From the IMG/VR virus record IMGVR_UViG_3300032227_001426, positions 1 through 24,030 of that record: DNA of 24,030 nucleotides. One strand, given 5' to 3'. The translations under genes and the position numbers were made by a program. The DNA comes from a virus. Its lineage: Duplodnaviria; Caudoviricetes. Shown one piece after another: positions 22,739 through 24,030 of this stretch; position 1 is the first letter of the stretch; each line of letters starts with the position of its first letter. The notes under the pieces are model-generated. The model did not search any database. It had not been told where the DNA came from and saw only the letters and a program-made list of their open reading frames with translations.

Positions 22739-23109
22739 ATATCTACAACTTGTTGACGGTCATCAAATACGCAAAGGACATCGAACTCGTCTTTGATATG
22801 CGTTTCGTAAATCTCTTGCTTGACAATAGCGTCTTTACGGAAGTCACCTGCTTGTCGCATATAGAGACCGAAGTAGTAAGGGCAGTGAAGTGAAAGCCAA
22901 TCTCTAGTTACAGAGATGCAGTCGTCACTTCGTCCTGTGACAAAAAGAACTCTGTATCCCTGAGTCCATAGAGCGTGAACAACTTCAAGAATTACGGGGT
23001 CGTGCTTGTCGGTGATTGCTTTATCGTAGTCGTAGATGTCTCTGTCGGTCTTGTGAGAAACCGTTCCATCAATATCAACAATGATTGCTTTAGGTAATGT
23101 AGTTGTCAT
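22687..23109 (-). CDS. HAD-family phosphatase (T4 PseT/PNK 3'-phosphatase-like domain)
   Basis: DIDGT, VTGR, K, FDDR motifs I-IV; no kinase domain. Confidence 0.88.
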   Translation of the reverse strand: MTTTLPKAIIVDIDGTVSHKTDRDIYDYDKAITDKHDPVILEVVHALWTQGYRVLFVTGRSDDCISVTRDWLSLHCPYYFGLYMRQAGDFRKDAIVKQEIYETHIKDEFDVLCVFDDRQQVVDMWREIGLKCLQVQPGDF

Positions 23110-23372
23110 TTAATTTCCATCGTTTCTTGAGTCTCTCTGTTGAGCAACTCAACGGTTGCATCTGTTTCAATCCATACTCTTGCACCACATACTAGCGGAT
23201 TCTCTGGCTCGTACACAACCTTGCTTGGTCCATTGATTACAACCTCGTGACCGTAGCCAATAACCTTTTGCCCAATACGAACGGTTACTGCTGGGTTGGT
23301 AGTTCCGTGCTTCTTGTTAGAGCGGATTGTGTTGCTATTGATGTGTATTCGTTTGGTCTTCGTTTTTAACAT
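23106..23372 (-). CDS. Phage hypothetical protein
   Basis: IHIN...GPSKVVY.P..PL.CGARVWIET pattern; start moved to ATG 23372 (GGAGA SD). Confidence 0.7.
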   Translation of the reverse strand: MLKTKTKRIHINSNTIRSNKKHGTTNPAVTVRIGQKVIGYGHEVVINGPSKVVYEPENPLVCGARVWIETDATVELLNRETQETMEIK

Positions 23373-23583
23373 TCTTAGTTCTCCATTCATTAAAAGATTT
23401 GATGTAGACGATTGAATAAGCAACCGCCATAAAAATAAATCCGTATTGCTTGGTTGCTAATGAGTAAGCAATCCAAATGCATTCGTTTGTGAGAAGTACA
23501 AGCCATCCCCAGATGGTTTTACGACCAACAAAAAAGATTCCAGTAACACCGATGATGCCTAGAACGTAAGACCAGTACGTCAC
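23335..23583 (-). CDS. Three-TM membrane protein, PnuC/SemiSWEET half-size-like
   Basis: Three hydrophobic helices with WGW...NE..W...QYG pattern. Confidence 0.6.
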   Translation of the reverse strand: MTYWSYVLGIIGVTGIFFVGRKTIWGWLVLLTNECIWIAYSLATKQYGFIFMAVAYSIVYIKSFNEWRTKNVKNEDQTNTHQ

Positions 23584-23690
23584 TTGTCTTTATTCTTTTT
23601 GTTTGAGATGTAGTTGGTTAGTCCTACGCAGAAGTTGAGAAAAACAAATAAGAGAATTAGTACTTCTACAACACTAACAGCAATCTTCAT
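23580..23690 (-). CDS. Small single-TM protein (36 aa)
   Basis: Below the ORF-track cutoff: MKIAVSVVEVLILLFVFLNFCVGLTNYISNKKNKDK; GTGA overlap with the next gene. Confidence 0.6.
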   Translation of the reverse strand: MKIAVSVVEVLILLFVFLNFCVGLTNYISNKKNKDK

Positions 23691-23814
23691 TCTTTTTCCT
23701 TTTTTCTTTGTAGTCATCGATAACTAATGAGACCAGCATGAGCACTGCTCCAGCACCAATGATACTAGTAGTGGCTACGATGATGCCTGAGATTATGTTC
23801 TCTGTTGTGCACAT
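23674..23814 (-). CDS. Small single-TM protein (46 aa)
   Basis: Below the ORF-track cutoff: MCTTENIISGIIVATTSIIGAGAVLMLVSLVIDDYKEKRKKNEDCC; TAATG coupling. Confidence 0.6.
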   Translation of the reverse strand: MCTTENIISGIIVATTSIIGAGAVLMLVSLVIDDYKEKRKKNEDCC

Positions 23815-24026
23815 TACTGCTCACCGTCTAACGCTTTGATGGTTGGGCATGGGTATGGAACTGTTACGCCCATATCTGTTTTGTCGCAGGTCTTGCAAGT
23901 ATTCTCGTACTCTTTAGGAACATGCAACTCACGCACACGCTGGATGGATGCTTTTAGAAAGTTAATCTCTTCCAAAGCATATTCCAAACTGTTGTCTGTT
24001 TCAGACCACTTCATTAAGTTTCTCAT
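23814..24026 (-). CDS. Actinophage-type hypothetical protein with putative Zn-binding motif
   Basis: RVRELH...CKTC...YPCPTIKALD motif. Confidence 0.7.
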   Translation of the reverse strand: MRNLMKWSETDNSLEYALEEINFLKASIQRVRELHVPKEYENTCKTCDKTDMGVTVPYPCPTIKALDGEQ

Positions 24027-24030
24027 TTAC

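Noticed and set aside
840-22893. Numerous short antisense or alternate-frame ORFs in the track (e.g. 840..1154, 3237..3578, 7437..7721, 21294..21674)
   Set aside because: Shadow ORFs lying on top of well-supported genes.

Overview
A 24-kb segment of a tailed dsDNA phage (Caudoviricetes). The host is probably an actinobacterium, inferred from DUF3039, an actinobacterial-type lytic transglycosylase, actinophage-type hypothetical proteins and many leaderless TANNNT promoters. Replication and packaging genes: Prim-Pol/D5-SF3 primase-helicase, terminase large subunit, serine recombinase, EndoVII-type nuclease. Cell-wall genes: M23 endolysin, secreted transglycosylase, a CHAP-like protein lacking its catalytic residues. 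Nucleotide metabolism: ThyX, dCMP deaminase, class II RNR, thioredoxin, PNK-type phosphatase. Modification and accessory genes: DNA methyltransferase, ABC-ATPase/GNAT fusion, GT2 glycosyltransferase, two paralogous beta-propeller glycosidase-like proteins, a large lectin-bearing surface protein and tRNA-Arg(UCU). The most striking element is unannotated: a ~350-nt structured non-coding RNA on the minus strand (about 17138 to 16788), bounded by a consensus promoter and an intrinsic terminator. One of its hairpin loops displays an exact copy of the 16S rRNA anti-Shine-Dalgarno core (ACCUCCUUU), and at least six neighbouring phage genes look leaderless. All family assignments come from motif recognition by eye; no searches were run.
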